DNA of 64,000 bases, from assembly GCA_951406725.2 (NCBI GenBank), contig OX597822.1, forward strand, positions 1,674,001 to 1,738,000, given 5' to 3'. Below the pieces are notes generated by a model. It was given only the letters and a program-made list of their open reading frames with translations. It did no database searches and was not told the origin of the DNA. This stretch comes from Octopus vulgaris (Eukaryota). This document shows, in pieces, positions 42,091-57,391 of this stretch (its first letter is position 1; each line of letters begins with the position of its first letter). Made by a program: the position numbers and the translations under genes.

Positions 42091-42823
42091 ATGAACAGTA
42101 ACATATTTTAAGCTAATAATCCAAAGAATACAACTTAAAGTGACCTGAGATTAACAATGAACATTAGGCTTACAGTGAATAGATTGTAACCAGGCAGGCT
42201 ACAAACCGGAAGATTCTTGCATGCATTGACGAGATGCAATCAAAATTGATGAATTTGGAGGTGTGTTCGGTCACTTAACCATTCTTCTTTCAAGTTTTAC
42301 TGGTTGCTCTCAATGCATGAATAACACAAGACAGAAAGATAAAGGTTCACCGTTTCGGTCTTTCAGAACTTTTCGTTATTTTCACCAACAAATAAAAATG
42401 CAAAGAAATTTTTAAAAAAACATTCATAGGTATGATTTCGCAACCAGGGTTTTCTATTTCAAACGGATTTCAAAGTTGCACATATTTGGTGTTATGATCA
42501 GTCAAATGTATATCATTGAATGATAAATAAAGGGCTTAAAATGCGGAATTCTTGAAATGGTTAATACAATCAATGTGCCTAATAAAATGTGCATAATTTT
42601 CCAAAGTGAAATTGTAGGATGTTTACATAACCCGACTAGTAAGTGGAACCTAGAGTCTTTCCTAGATTTTCGACATCTCTGTATTCTCGATCGCTTTTGA
42701 TTTATTGTTATCATTAGAATGGCTGGTGGCGTAATTGCTTTACTAATATTAATATTTGTAGGTCAAATACAAATGGAATATAACTGATTGATCAAAACTG
42801 AGCTGTAGTGTTAGTTTATTTTA

Positions 42824-42862
<39 letters not shown>

Positions 42863-43749
42863 GAACAATTATCACACGGGAATTATTTTCGAAGACACTG
42901 GTTAAAAGCTGCAGCATGGTTTTAGTTGTGAATTCAAATAAAGTCTCTACAACATGATTGATATTTTATAAAACCTTAATAGATGAAAGGCCACATTTGG
43001 ACTCAACAAAGTTGGAAGTCAGAGCACTTTGAGCTGGAACTATTATCTTAAAAAATCGATACGACGTTCTAAAGATATTCCTAATTGGCTACATTGGTCA
43101 ACTAAAATCTTTAGAAACTATGAGTGGGCTATACTTCGTTGATGAGGTTTAATAAGATCGAAACATCTCCGTTGTTGTTACCATACTAACAAAAGATAAA
43201 TTTCATTCAGATTTGCATATCACTGTTTTAATTGCTGATCGACAGAAATTTCTAGAGTTCTCATTTTGTTTCCATTTCTATATAAATTTTCATTAACATT
43301 TATGAAAACTTTTTTTCAATTATACTTTAAAATATTGAATATTATTTCAGACGAGTTACATTAAGCATCACTGCGCTGAAGCGTACAGTGAAAACATATT
43401 GCGTCCAGATACATCAAACTTAATCACACTCACACACATATTTATGTACTAATATAACATGTAATCCAATTAAAAGAAGATTAATATATACGAGTATAAT
43501 TTAACCAATTAAGTACATAAACAGAGTTTGGATCCATAGTCTCAAAGATATTCCCAGTATTAATAATGCTTGGTCTCACCTTCGTTATTTAAATTCTTGA
43601 TGAAGTCGCAGTGATGCTGGCATTACGACATACGGTGTATCCTAAGCACTTTTAGAATTGGTGGAGCTCATTCATATCCCTCTTTGATAACATCAGATTT
43701 GTTCCAGAAGATCAGAAATAAATAGAAAGAAAGAGGAGACAGACAAAAA

Positions 43750-44080
43750 TCGAGAATCGACCTCGGCAGAATTTGAACATACAACACAAAGATGGAGGAA
43801 GTGCCGCTGAGCATGCGTCCGGCGAGATACAAATTCTGCTAACTCAAGGCTGTAAGTATTACAAGGCTTTCAAATTATGGCACAGGGCTAACAATTTCCG
43901 GGGGTGAAGTGTAAGTCAATTATTTTGACCCCAGTTTTCAACTGGTACTTATTTTATCGACCCCGAAAAGATGAAAGGCAAAATCAACCTTGCTGGAATT
44001 TGAAATCGTAGCGTGAATCCGGACGAAACGCCGTTAAGCATTTGTCCGGTGTGCTCACAACTCTGCAAGTTCGCCGTTTT
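43750..44080 (-). mobile_element. Decayed SINE copies (family of 23181)
   Basis: tcgacctcggcagaatttgaac and actggtacttattttatcgaccccgaaa. Confidence 0.7.
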
Positions 44081-44558
44081 AATTATCGCCAAAAATGACG
44101 ACTGTAAACATTTGTTAGTATTTAAGAATAATATTGATTGCCATGTGTTAAAATGCGTAATCATATTTAAGAATAAAAACAGCAACAACAAGAGCAACAA
44201 CATGAAGGCCCTTAGTGTAGTGAATATGACGAAAATAAAAATGCGTGGGAAGCTAAATACGGAATATCTCATGAGGTTCAGACAAATAACAATATAATAT
44301 CTTGACATATCTCACACGCGAACGTAGCTTTAAGCACTTGCGCACGCACCCACGCAAACACCCACGCAAACACCCACGCACACATACACATAGTCACGCG
44401 GAAACAAAAAAAGACACGCAAATGCATTGCAATTTATTCAACCCTATATATATATATGTGTAGTTATGTATGTATGTATGTATGTATGTATGTATGTGTG
44501 AGTGTATCTATGTATCCATGAATGTACATATGTATATATATATATATATATATGTATG

Positions 44559-44594
<36 letters not shown>

Positions 44595-44734
44595 TAATAT
44601 GCATATATGCATATACATATATTCACACATTCATATATATATACATATATTTATGATATACATATATGAATATACATACATTCACACATTCATACATATG
44701 CATATATATACATACATACGTATATATACATATA

Positions 44735-44777
<43 letters not shown>

Positions 44778-44828
44778 CACATTCATATACATTGATATAT
44801 GCATAAATACATAGATATACATGTATAG

Positions 44829-44900
<72 letters not shown>

Positions 44901-45207
44901 ATTGCTCTTTCCCCCCACCTTAGCATAGCATCGCCCACGTTAACACCCACATAGCCATCTGTTTATATAAAACTTTACATTTAATACTAATAGAATATTG
45001 GACTTCTTACACTTAGTGAAGTGACAATTAATTCATCACCAGAAGATTTCTTATCTAGTATTCTTCATATTTCCCTGTCATGTGTTATATTTTCGAGAGA
45101 AGGTGGGAATGATGGAGAAATCATTCATATGAGAATATGAATATTTATTAGACATTCTCTCTTTAGTGGCTTCTCGTTATATATATATATATATATATAT
45201 ATATAGA

Positions 45208-45410
45208 TGGGGAGAATTTATAAAAACAAAACAAAACAAAAGACGAAGACAGGTGGTGTAGACAACAAACAAATGTATTAGTATAACGCTCGGGTAGTGA
45301 AAAAGTCTTTAACGTTTCGAGCCTACGCTCTTCCACAGAAAGGAACACAGAGAGAGAAACAAGGAGAGAAAATAAAGAATGTGTAGTGGCTAGCGATCTA
45401 CCTTGGCGAC
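45208..45410 (-). mobile_element. (TA)n-embedded element with variant hammerhead (45307-45342)
   Basis: Minus strand cttt-CTGTGGA-a-gagc gtag gctc-GAAAC-GTT-aaag; stems I and II intact, A6 replaced by U. Confidence 0.7.
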
Positions 45411-45564
45411 TCATATATATATATTCACATATATCCACCCACCCCACACACACACATACACACATATATATATGCATACTGCTATTGAAATGGGAGTGTA
45501 ACAGTGGTCCATCAGTAGCACTTACACAGCCTTACCTGCCTTTTGGGTATTCTGGATACCATAC

Positions 45565-45595
<31 letters not shown>

Positions 45596-46254
45596 CATAT
45601 ATAAATGAGCTGGAGAGAGGTGGAGAAGGGTAAGGGGACTATGTGAAAGGAGGCTCCACAGGTGGTGGATTATCTCGCTAAGAATATTTTTAAGTCAGTT
45701 AGTGAAGGCTGATCTCGTCTGTCTCTCTCCACTCTTTCATAAAGAAATTTCCACATCTCTCTCACCCGTCCTTGTATTTCTTCTTCTTTTTCGTCTATAA
45801 GTCATCTTCATTCTCCTTCCTGCTGCCTTTTTCTTCTTTTCTTACTCATCTCACCTTCAACATTTAAATATCTCGCACTAATATGTGAACTGCTTTTGCC
45901 ATTTTCCTTTTACATTCCGATGACGGAAGCTGGTCTTATGCTAATATCTCTATGCGGCTGTTTACTGGTTGCATACCAATCACGTTCTGCACATTCCACT
46001 TGTTAATTATGAAACATACGTCTATTAGATAAGTCCAAGCTTCCAGAAACAGCTCTCGAGTTAAAAATGTATGCATTCTCGTCTTAGTAATCGGAATTTT
46101 TATGCTCTATGTGAATATATTTGTTTAAATATATATATATATGTATACGCCTGTACATGTATGCTTATTTTCAGAACATATTTAGGTATATCTCTGCATA
46201 TATCAATGAGTGTATATGCATATATACTTATAGATATCAAGCCTAATTGTGTTT

Positions 46255-46660
46255 ATATAAAGACTGATCAATAAGTATCCGTAGTGTATGGAAAGGAGTT
46301 TATGAGCTGCATACAAGCGTATGAGTGGTTCAGATGTTTCCTAAATATCGATATTGACAAACGTTCTGGGAGAACCACAACCAGCAGAACTGCGAAAAAC
46401 ATCGCAGATGTGCATGCAGCTGTGAGGGGAAATCATCGAATCACCATCTGTGAGTTATCAGAGGAAGTGCAGATTAGTTACGGTTCAGTTCAGTCCATTA
46501 TCACTGAAGATTTGGGTATGAGATGCGTGTCTGCTAAGTTTGTGCCAAAACTGCTTTCAGCTGACCAAGAAGGCACTCCGAGTTTCAGTTGTATAAGATC
46601 TCCTTGATTGTGTCGAGAACGATGGAAACATTTTGAAAACTGCGTTGGCGTCTGAGCAGA
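46255..46660 (+). mobile_element. Mariner transposase N-terminal fragment
   Basis: YEWFR...RSGR...RITI.EL...ISYGSVQSII..DLGMR.VSAKFVPKLL. Confidence 0.85.
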
Positions 46661-46816
46661 CTTTTGGCAAATAGAATTAAATTAACTTTTTTAATTTAAT
46701 AATTTTTTAAAGAAAATTTGTTTTTTACTTGGCATATTTGTTAGTATCATTAATATAATTATGTTTCTGTTTTAATTAAAATTAGTGTTATAACTTGATA
46801 TGATTAATATGTTCTT

Positions 46817-48985
46817 GTTGGCATCCTTTTGTCTCAGGAGAAAATAGAGTTGCGAATAAAATAATCCAGTCTGGTTTTTACATTTCATGTCACATCTCCT
46901 ACTGTGGCTGTGTAGTCCTATCCTGGACAAACACTCCCTCTGGCAGGTGACGCAGATGTAGCGAAGACTTTGCCTGGCTGGTTGTGATGTCATAGGTCCT
47001 TGTTGTCTTCTTTTCTTGTCGTTCCATATCTCCTCTCTTCCTCTGTCACTCCTTTCTGTTCCCTCTTCTATGGTGCGTCGCCAATATCCACGGTTGTGGC
47101 AACCGCTTCCCAGTTGCTAATATTGATGTCGGAGGCCTTCATATCCCTTTTGCAGACATTCTTGTACCGTAAAAAACGACGGTCTTTCAACAGACTTAGT
47201 GCCCCTAGCAAGCTCTCCGTTGAGTATGTCCTTGGGGATTCTGCCATCTTCCATACGACTATCATGTCCAAGCCATCGCATACGTCTTTGTATGAGGAGT
47301 GCAAACATGCTTTGTATTTCTGCTTGCTTGAGGACATCTTTGTTGGAGACATGATTCTGCCATTTGATGTCAAGGATTTTCCGGAAGCAGCGCAGGTGAA
47401 AGATATTTAGGCGACGCTCTTGGCGTTTGTATGGCATCCAGTTCTCACTGGAATACAATAGAGTGCTAAGTACACATGCCTGGTAAATCATTTTTGTGGT
47501 CTTGGTCAACTTATTGTTGTCCCATGCCCGTTTGGAGAGTTGGGCCATTGCAGCAGCTGCCTTGCCAATGCTTATATTGAGCTCGGCATCAAGGGACAGG
47601 TTGTAGGTGACGGTAGAGCCAAGATAGGTACATTTCTCCACCTCATGTACTCTGTGGTCTCCAATATGTATGCTTAGGATATCCGATGTAGCCTTACCCA
47701 TGATGTTGGTCATCTTGAGGCTGATAACTAAGCCAAAGTTGCCACATGCTTGCTCAAAGAAGTTGATGAGCCTTTGCAGGGCTTCTTCTGAGTGTGATAC
47801 CACAACAGCAGCATCAGTGAAGAGCATCTCCTTGATCAGGGCGTTTGATTTTGGTCTTGGTACGCAGACGCGAGAGATTGAACAGTTTCCCATCACTTCT
47901 ACTGTGCAGAAACACTCCATCATCTGATGTCACAAAGGCATGTGACAGCAGCAGCGAGAAGAAGATGCCAAATAATGTAGGAGCAAGGATACAACCTTGC
48001 TTTATCCCATTTTTTATTTGGAAGGCGGCTGATGTTGAACCATTGTGCAGTATAGTGCCTTGCATATCATAATGGAAAGATTCGGTGATCCTCAGCAGCT
48101 TTGGTGGACATCCGATTTTTGAATGTCAGATCAATGAAGGATATATAATGGAATTTTCTGCTCTCTGGACTTCTCCTGAAGATGGTTTATGGATAATATC
48201 ACGTCAATAGTTGATCTGCTTCTTCTAAAGCCACACTGAGATTCTGTATAAATTCGAGAAGCAAGCAGTTGTAGCCCGGACAGGATAACGTGAGCAAAGG
48301 TCTTCCCAACAGTGCTGAGAAGAGATATTCTAAAGTAATTGTTGCAATCACCACGGTCACCTTTGTTTTTGTAAAGCGTAATGATGTTGGCATCCCGCAT
48401 ATCTTGTACACTCTTCCCAGCACTAACAGAGTAGCTCATGAAGTTGCTGAAACAGGGCGGGGTCTTTGCCGGTTTTGATGGTCTCTGAGGGGATGCTGTC
48501 TTTTCTTGGAGACTTGCCACTGGCTAGGGAGTGAATAGCCTGGGTGAACTCTGCTATGGACGGCAGACTGTCAGGTTCGCACATAGCTGGCAAGATATTG
48601 ACACCCTCGATTGCAACTTCAGTGACCGTGGTCTCCTATGAGTAGAGATCCTGGTAGTACCCACCCATCTACCAATTTGCTGGTTGCGGCATACATCCCT
48701 CGGACGTCGCCACTGTCAGCAGCTGACCGGTTACTCTGACAGATTTCCTGCCAATACCTATTTGCACAGTGTCTGGCAGTCAGTTGGGTTTTCCTTCTTG
48801 CCCTTCTGAGTTCTTCGAGTGTCTTTGTAGAAGAATCACTCTTGTATTGCCTCAGAGCTGCACGCTTTGCTTCGATAAGTGGTTCCAACTCTGAGAACCC
48901 AGCACTGTAGCAATCTGAATTATGCCTTTCACTCATACCGAAAGTATCTATTGATGTGGTATACAAAGCTTCCCGGCCGAGCTGT
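46817..48985 (-). mobile_element. 5'-truncated RTE (BovB-like) LINE, frameshifted
   Basis: IITLYKNKGDRGDCNNY.ISLL, ESQCGFR, GIKQGCILAPTLF, LFTDA (FADD decayed), YLGS, LRCFRKIL.IKW, RWLGH..RMEDGRIPK and a C-terminal C..C.R.C.SRIGL.SH. Confidence 0.92.
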
Positions 48986-49616
48986 TATGGCTGTAGAAAG
49001 ATAGATAAACACTTAAAAGATAGATAAACACTTGTATGCTTAAAGCATATATTTACGTGTTATACAATCTCCCTACTTTAACACAGTGCATTCTTTCCCA
49101 ATGCTACTCAGATAAATCGTCTCTGTTTTGCTTTTTAATCTGTTATATCTAAACTGGTAGTTATTGCAATGTCCTTCTTCCTTTGTGTTGTTCTGATAAC
49201 ATTACTTGTTTTAGATTAGCTGTTAAATTTACCTCGTCCCAGCCTAGTTTTCGTCAATGTCTTCATCTCTCGCTTCTACTTTAACCATTCTACCATTTCA
49301 AGAATGTCTTCACCATCCCACGCTATCTTCTTTAAACATTTATATTCGCAATCACTGTTATGAAATGCACTTTCATCATAATTTTCTTGCGGACTGTCAC
49401 CTAACATGCGTTAGCAATTTCATTGGAATTTATGGTGTTACACACACCTATGATATCATGCACATATTAAATATGACCCAGGTTATGGCACAAGGTATGG
49501 CTCTCCCGAAACAGCTGTCGAGGTAAGACTACACAATTATTTTTGTGCTCTTTATTTTGTAATCTGCGTTTTGTATTCCATGTAAGTACACCCTTTTAGC
49601 TCACCTGTGCCCGCCT

Positions 49617-49770
<154 letters not shown>

Positions 49771-49794
49771 CTAACTATTTATCTTTTAACAAAA

Positions 49795-51950
<2,156 letters not shown>

Positions 51951-53172
51951 ACATACATACATCGATAGATAAAGGTAAGATTCAGGGATACAAGAATAGG
52001 AAGTTTGTAAGCTTTGGGCAATGTATGGCAGGTATAGGAAGCAATAACCTGTCAGTGTACGATCAGCAACAATAAATTACTGGAGTAGAATGCTACACAC
52101 GTTTCCCACATCGAAATTTCGAGCAAATTTAATAAGCTGAAAGTTTCTGTAAAGCTCAACGTTAGCAGTTAGATTTGTTAAAAATCTAAATTGAGGGAAT
52201 CGAATGAGCAAAATCCAGGCTCCACACGTTTCGTAACAAGCTGATCTTCTGAGGTAATAATTACTGAACTTAGCTAGTTATGTCTAGAATAACTTAATTG
52301 CATAAAAGTTACGTTGTCGTTTGGAATTTCCAACTTAACTCATCACAGATGAGAGTTCATCTGCGGTGAGTTAACTTTCATCACATCCAGTTATGCCATG
52401 GGTTTTAGTCCTGCAGGTGTCAACTCTTCCGGATGCATAATATCGGAACCAAAGGACTACTTGTATCAATATAATCGATTATATTCCTCAGCTAGAGATG
52501 TTTACTTTGTGCATAAAAGAATTAACGTAAATGTTGGCGTATTTGCTGGTTTCATCATTGCATCTTTTTCATGATTTACTGGTTTTACAGTGAAACACAT
52601 AAATGTGGATTCCACTTGTCTCAGATGTTTGCAAATGTCTTCTATTGTTGCTTTCCTTCTCTGTTTCCATGAACGTGTTTGGCTTCATATTTTGTTACTT
52701 TTCACACCTTTTCACTTGTCCCACTTTTAATTTCTACAATTCATTTGTTTTGTTTTTTTCTAGGAGATATATTTTCACCGACACGTTTATACGTGCTTCA
52801 CATTGTATTCTTCTAATGAGAAGTGTCATATTAAAACTACACTAGTGTTACCTGAAAATACTTTCTATCATTGCATGAAGAAATGTAAAACCTGTGTCAA
52901 CCTGTGCACTTTTAATTAACGCGTCTTTTTATCACTCGCAATGTACCATTCATTAAATATTAAAGCTGCTGATATAACAATGGCCACGCTGACGATTGAA
53001 GCAGCTTCCATAATGTAATTAGGATTCTCTCTTTTATTCATAATAATGTTCCCAAAGCATTTCATATTTTGTACTTTTAAAATCTCTCTTTCCTTTTTTC
53101 TCCCTCTCTCTCCCTCTTTCTCTACATATCCATACATATATGTTCATATAGATATATATGTAAATATATATA

Positions 53173-53343
53173 GGCGTAGGAGTGGCTGTGTGGTAAGTAG
53201 CTTGCTTATGAACCACATGGTTTCGAGTTCAGTCCCACTGCGTGGCACCTTGGGCAAGTGTCTTCTACTATTGCCTGGAGCCGACCAAAGCCTTGTAAGT
53301 GGATTTGGTAGACGGAAAAAGAAAGAAACCCATCATATATATA

Positions 53344-53404
<61 letters not shown>

Positions 53405-53640
53405 CTGTGTGTGTGTGTGTGTGTATGTTTGTGTGTCTGTGTTTGTCCCCTCAACATCGCTTGACAACCGATGCTGGTGTGTTTACGTCCCCGTAACTTA
53501 GCGGTTCTGCAAGAGAGACCGATAGAATAAGTACTAGGCTTACAAAGAATGAGTCCTGGGGTCGACTTGCTCGACTAAAGGCAGTGCTCCAGCATGGCCA
53601 CAATCACATGACTGAAACAAGTAAAAGAGTAAAGAGAGTA
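53173..53640 (+). mobile_element. Full-length tRNA/CORE SINE with internal (TA)n(TG)n
   Basis: A-box tggctgtgtgg; B-box-like gagttcagtccc; CORE-like accttgggcaagtg; repeated gtaaaaga tail. Confidence 0.9.
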
Positions 53641-54117
53641 AATATAGATATAGTTATACACCAATAAACATACTATAATAAATTTGGAGAAAACTGTTTG
53701 GAGATCGGTATATCTTCTTGTGCTTATGACGTAGATTTCGCTGTTTATTTCAACGTAGCATTACAGACTATCATATAGATATCTTTCATACCTACATGTA
53801 TAATCCATCTTTGTTATTAACTACTAGCCAAAGATGAAACAATCCAATGTCTTTGATATTTTCTATTCCGCCAGTACAATCCATTACTCTCTGATTTTAC
53901 TTGCGTAATTTTTCATGGTCAAGCAGTGATACTGCGCATCATAAAGCCAAGCAATTTCATTAAAGGCCTTCAGGTTAAGTGTTTCAGTGATTATTTGATT
54001 TCTTACTTCTGCATCCTCATTCTTATAATACGAGATGCTAAACCAGAGAACGTTTTATCTTTCAATGGTTGCTAAAGTGTTTTTAGAAATTATATTATTA
54101 TTGTTACAATTATTCAT

Positions 54118-54143
54118 TGTAGTAGTAGTAGTAGTAGTAGTAA

Positions 54144-54207
<64 letters not shown>
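54118..54207. repeat. (AGT)n microsatellite
   Basis: Directly visible. Confidence 0.95.
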
Positions 54208-54208
<1 letters not shown>

Positions 54209-54299
54209 TCATTAATTGGCAAGGTGGCTAATGGAAAATAAGTAGTAAATGTAGAGACAAAGGCTTGCCCACATATGCACAAGTCTTTCTTTTGGTGAG

Positions 54300-54860
54300 T
54301 ATGATGGGCGTGTTACTCGGCTTCTAGCAGATGTATCCGGTTTTTCAGAGGCAATTTGCTCGACTGCTCGGGAAATGTGGTGATCCGGAACGCAGGATCG
54401 ATTTTACTGTCTACCCGACTCTCACCAAGAGAAGTAGAATGTTGAGAAAAGCAGATAAAAGCCACAATATCACGGGAAGCTTGGCTTTTAAAAGGTTTGC
54501 CTTTTATACGGTAATTTTTCTTAACCTCCTTCATAGATATTTACTGTAGGTTGCACAAGAAAGGGAGAATTCCTAGTACTGTGAGTCGAAGACCGATGCC
54601 ACTTCTGAGTAAGGATTCAAACAAGTGCGATTACAATTCCCGGTCCATAAACTCTGTTATATGCAAGTTCCAATATTTTGGCCAAAATTTTAAAGAAAAG
54701 GTGAACGCTTGGCGTCGACAGTCTAACTGGTGATGTACAAATACGCACCATCCATAACGGATCTTATCAAGGCCATCTCCCCTTCATACGAAACATGAGA
54801 GGACATGTAAAACCCTGGTATGTGTGGGGCCTAGATATCCCTAAAGCTTTTGTTAGTATC
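54300..54860 (+). pseudogene. Decayed Tx1/L1 RT fragment
   Basis: KGLP...GRIPSTV....PLLSK...NSRSI, ILAKIL..K and LDIPKAF motifs across frameshifts. Confidence 0.55.
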
Positions 54861-54996
54861 ACTTATATATATGACATGCTTCTTTCAGTTTCCGCCTACC
54901 AAATCCACTCACAAGGCTTCAGTTTCCCCGAGGATATAGAAGATATATTTAACCAAGAAAACACGCAGTGAGACTATTTATGTATATGTAAATGTA

Positions 54997-55068
<72 letters not shown>

Positions 55069-55086
55069 AAAAGAGAAGAATCTCTT

Positions 55087-55192
55087 TACTGGTAGTTCTA
55101 ATCAATTTAAGTTTTTAGTAATAGAATTTTAAGGTTTGGTTCGTAGTAAAATTATATTATTAAAACATTAAATTGATTAGTACAACCAGTGA
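55087..55192. repeat. Imperfect ~47 bp inverted repeat in a (TA)n-flanked AT-rich element
   Basis: tttactggtagttctaatcaatttaa...gaatttta / taaaatt...ttaaattgattagtacaaccagtgaa. Confidence 0.7.
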
Positions 55193-55265
55193 AGTCAATC
55201 TTTTCCTTTTTCAAATACCTAACTGTACCAAGGATTTAACACATTTTTCCATTATATATATACGC

Positions 55266-55343
<78 letters not shown>

Positions 55344-55562
55344 GTAGATATTTTTACGTAGATAGCTAAGTAGACAAATAAATAATTACATATAGATATT
55401 TATACGCGTGTGCACGAGCGCACGCGTGTTTGTGAGTGTGCTATCAAAATATATTCTGAGCGAAATAATCTTAAAGTTATTGCTAATAGATGAACGCAGA
55501 CATTGAAGGAGAAATGCTATTCTGTTGCTAAATGCCTTTTAGTGATGTATCATTTTCTTACG

Positions 55563-55812
55563 GGTCTTGAGCAAGACACTTTATTCCACGTTGGTCCAGT
55601 TAACTCAGGTGTAGAAATGAGTTGCAACATCACTGGTGTCAAGCTGTATCGGCCCCTTTGCCATTCCCTTGGATAACATCAGTGGTGTGGAGGAGACTGG
55701 TATGCATAGGCAACTGCCAGCCTTCCACAAACAACCTTACCTCGGTTCCTGTGCCTCGTAGGGTAACCTATTAGGTGCAATCCCATGATCATTCATGACC
55801 GAAGGGGGTCTC
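55563..55812 (+). mobile_element. 5'-truncated SINE (family of 25268)
   Basis: cttgagcaagacactttatt...gtagaaatgagttgc...gaccgaagggggtc. Confidence 0.85.
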
Positions 55813-56149
55813 CTCCTCCTCTATATATGTGTGTGCGTTTGTGTATATTATATATATATATATATATACATATGTGTGTGTGTGTCTTTGCATGAATATC
55901 CATATATATGTGTATGTATGTTCGCATGTGTGTGATGTATACATATATATATATACGTGTGTGTGTGTGTGTATGTTTTATGCATGTATATGCACAAACA
56001 TACGTATACATATGCACAAACATACGTATACATATGCACAATGAATACATACATTCATACATACCCATAGGCATACATACATACATATATGCATATATGA
56101 TGATTGTCGATTCGCTACAAGAGTACGACCAGTAATGATAACATCTTGT

Positions 56150-57050
56150 TTTGCTTTTTTATTCCATGCCCATGGGAACTACATTGGATTTTAAAGCCAG
56201 CAATTGACTTGAATTTTTGTAGCAGATGCGGCATTCAATTCCACGTGTTGCGATGACCTACTCATTCTCTACTGCATCTTTTATTATACATTTTCACGAG
56301 CCGGGAAATTGCCTTTCACATACATTGTCTGAGGCGTTTCAGCGTGTTTGCGTAGACGTCATGTGAAACCAGCTCCAGAGAAGCAAACTCTTCCGCGTTC
56401 ATCACCCTCTAAACGTAGTTGTGTTGGACTAACATGTTCTCTTTTCCTGCTTAGCTTTATATTCAGCCATTCTAATGAATATTCATGAAACTTCTTACTG
56501 CAGTTGGTTATTTGTTTGCGCCAGTTTACTCTATTGCTGTGGTGTAGCACCAGACATCACATCACTCCACTATAAAGGATTAGGGAAATCTGTTGTCATC
56601 TGATTCAATGTGCTCTTCAATGCTGATTGTTTCATATTTTGGAGGACTTCAGAATCAGGCGTATGTGCGCTCCAGTGAACATCTTCAGTATCACGAAGGC
56701 ACCGTTAGCGTAAACGCACAAATAATTTGAGGAATCTGTCGTAGACTGTTCAAGTATCGCAAGTGTAAACCAGTATCGTAATTATGCTTGCACTGTATAC
56801 CGCAATTTGACTGTCTTTTCTTGTACCTTTCTGAACCTAAGAACATTCTCTGAGTCTATCAAATGCATAAACTGTGTTTCTGATTCGTGAAGCATTTCAC
56901 CATACTATGAACAGTATTGTTTGATCATGCTTACCAAGTATGAATATTTATCAAGTAATTTAAGCTTGTGATCCTTGACATGTATTGATGGTTTAACGTA
57001 GGGTAATCTGGGAGCCATTCAAACATTACGAACGTTTCGTCGAGGTTAGC
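56150..57050 (-). pseudogene. Heavily decayed RTE LINE 3' part
   Basis: DSEVLQ segment and terminal ECRICYK...LK zinc-finger-like remnant; many stops. Confidence 0.35.
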
Positions 57051-57391
57051 GGTTAACCCAAATGTCTTACCAGTTCCTATTTATAAAAGTTTGCATACAT
57101 TTGGTTGTGCTACAAGATGATGCCCTTCAGCATATAAAACAAATCGCTTGAGATAACGGTTTCAAATTTTGACACAAGGCCAACAATTTCGGAGGGGCGG
57201 AGTAAGACTATTAACTCATTTTATTGACCCCGAAACGTGAAAGGCAAAGTCGACCTCGACAGAATTTGAAGTTAGAAAGTAAAGTCGAACGAAATAACGC
57301 TAAGCATTTTGTTATTAAACATAACATGACGAAATATTCTGTCCCTACAAGTCATTAGTATCTACGTACCAGCTTCCAGGAATGTGTTTAA

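Noticed and set aside
45917-46022. CCGATGA...GAAAC-atac-GTC
   Set aside because: No stem I or stem II pairing found
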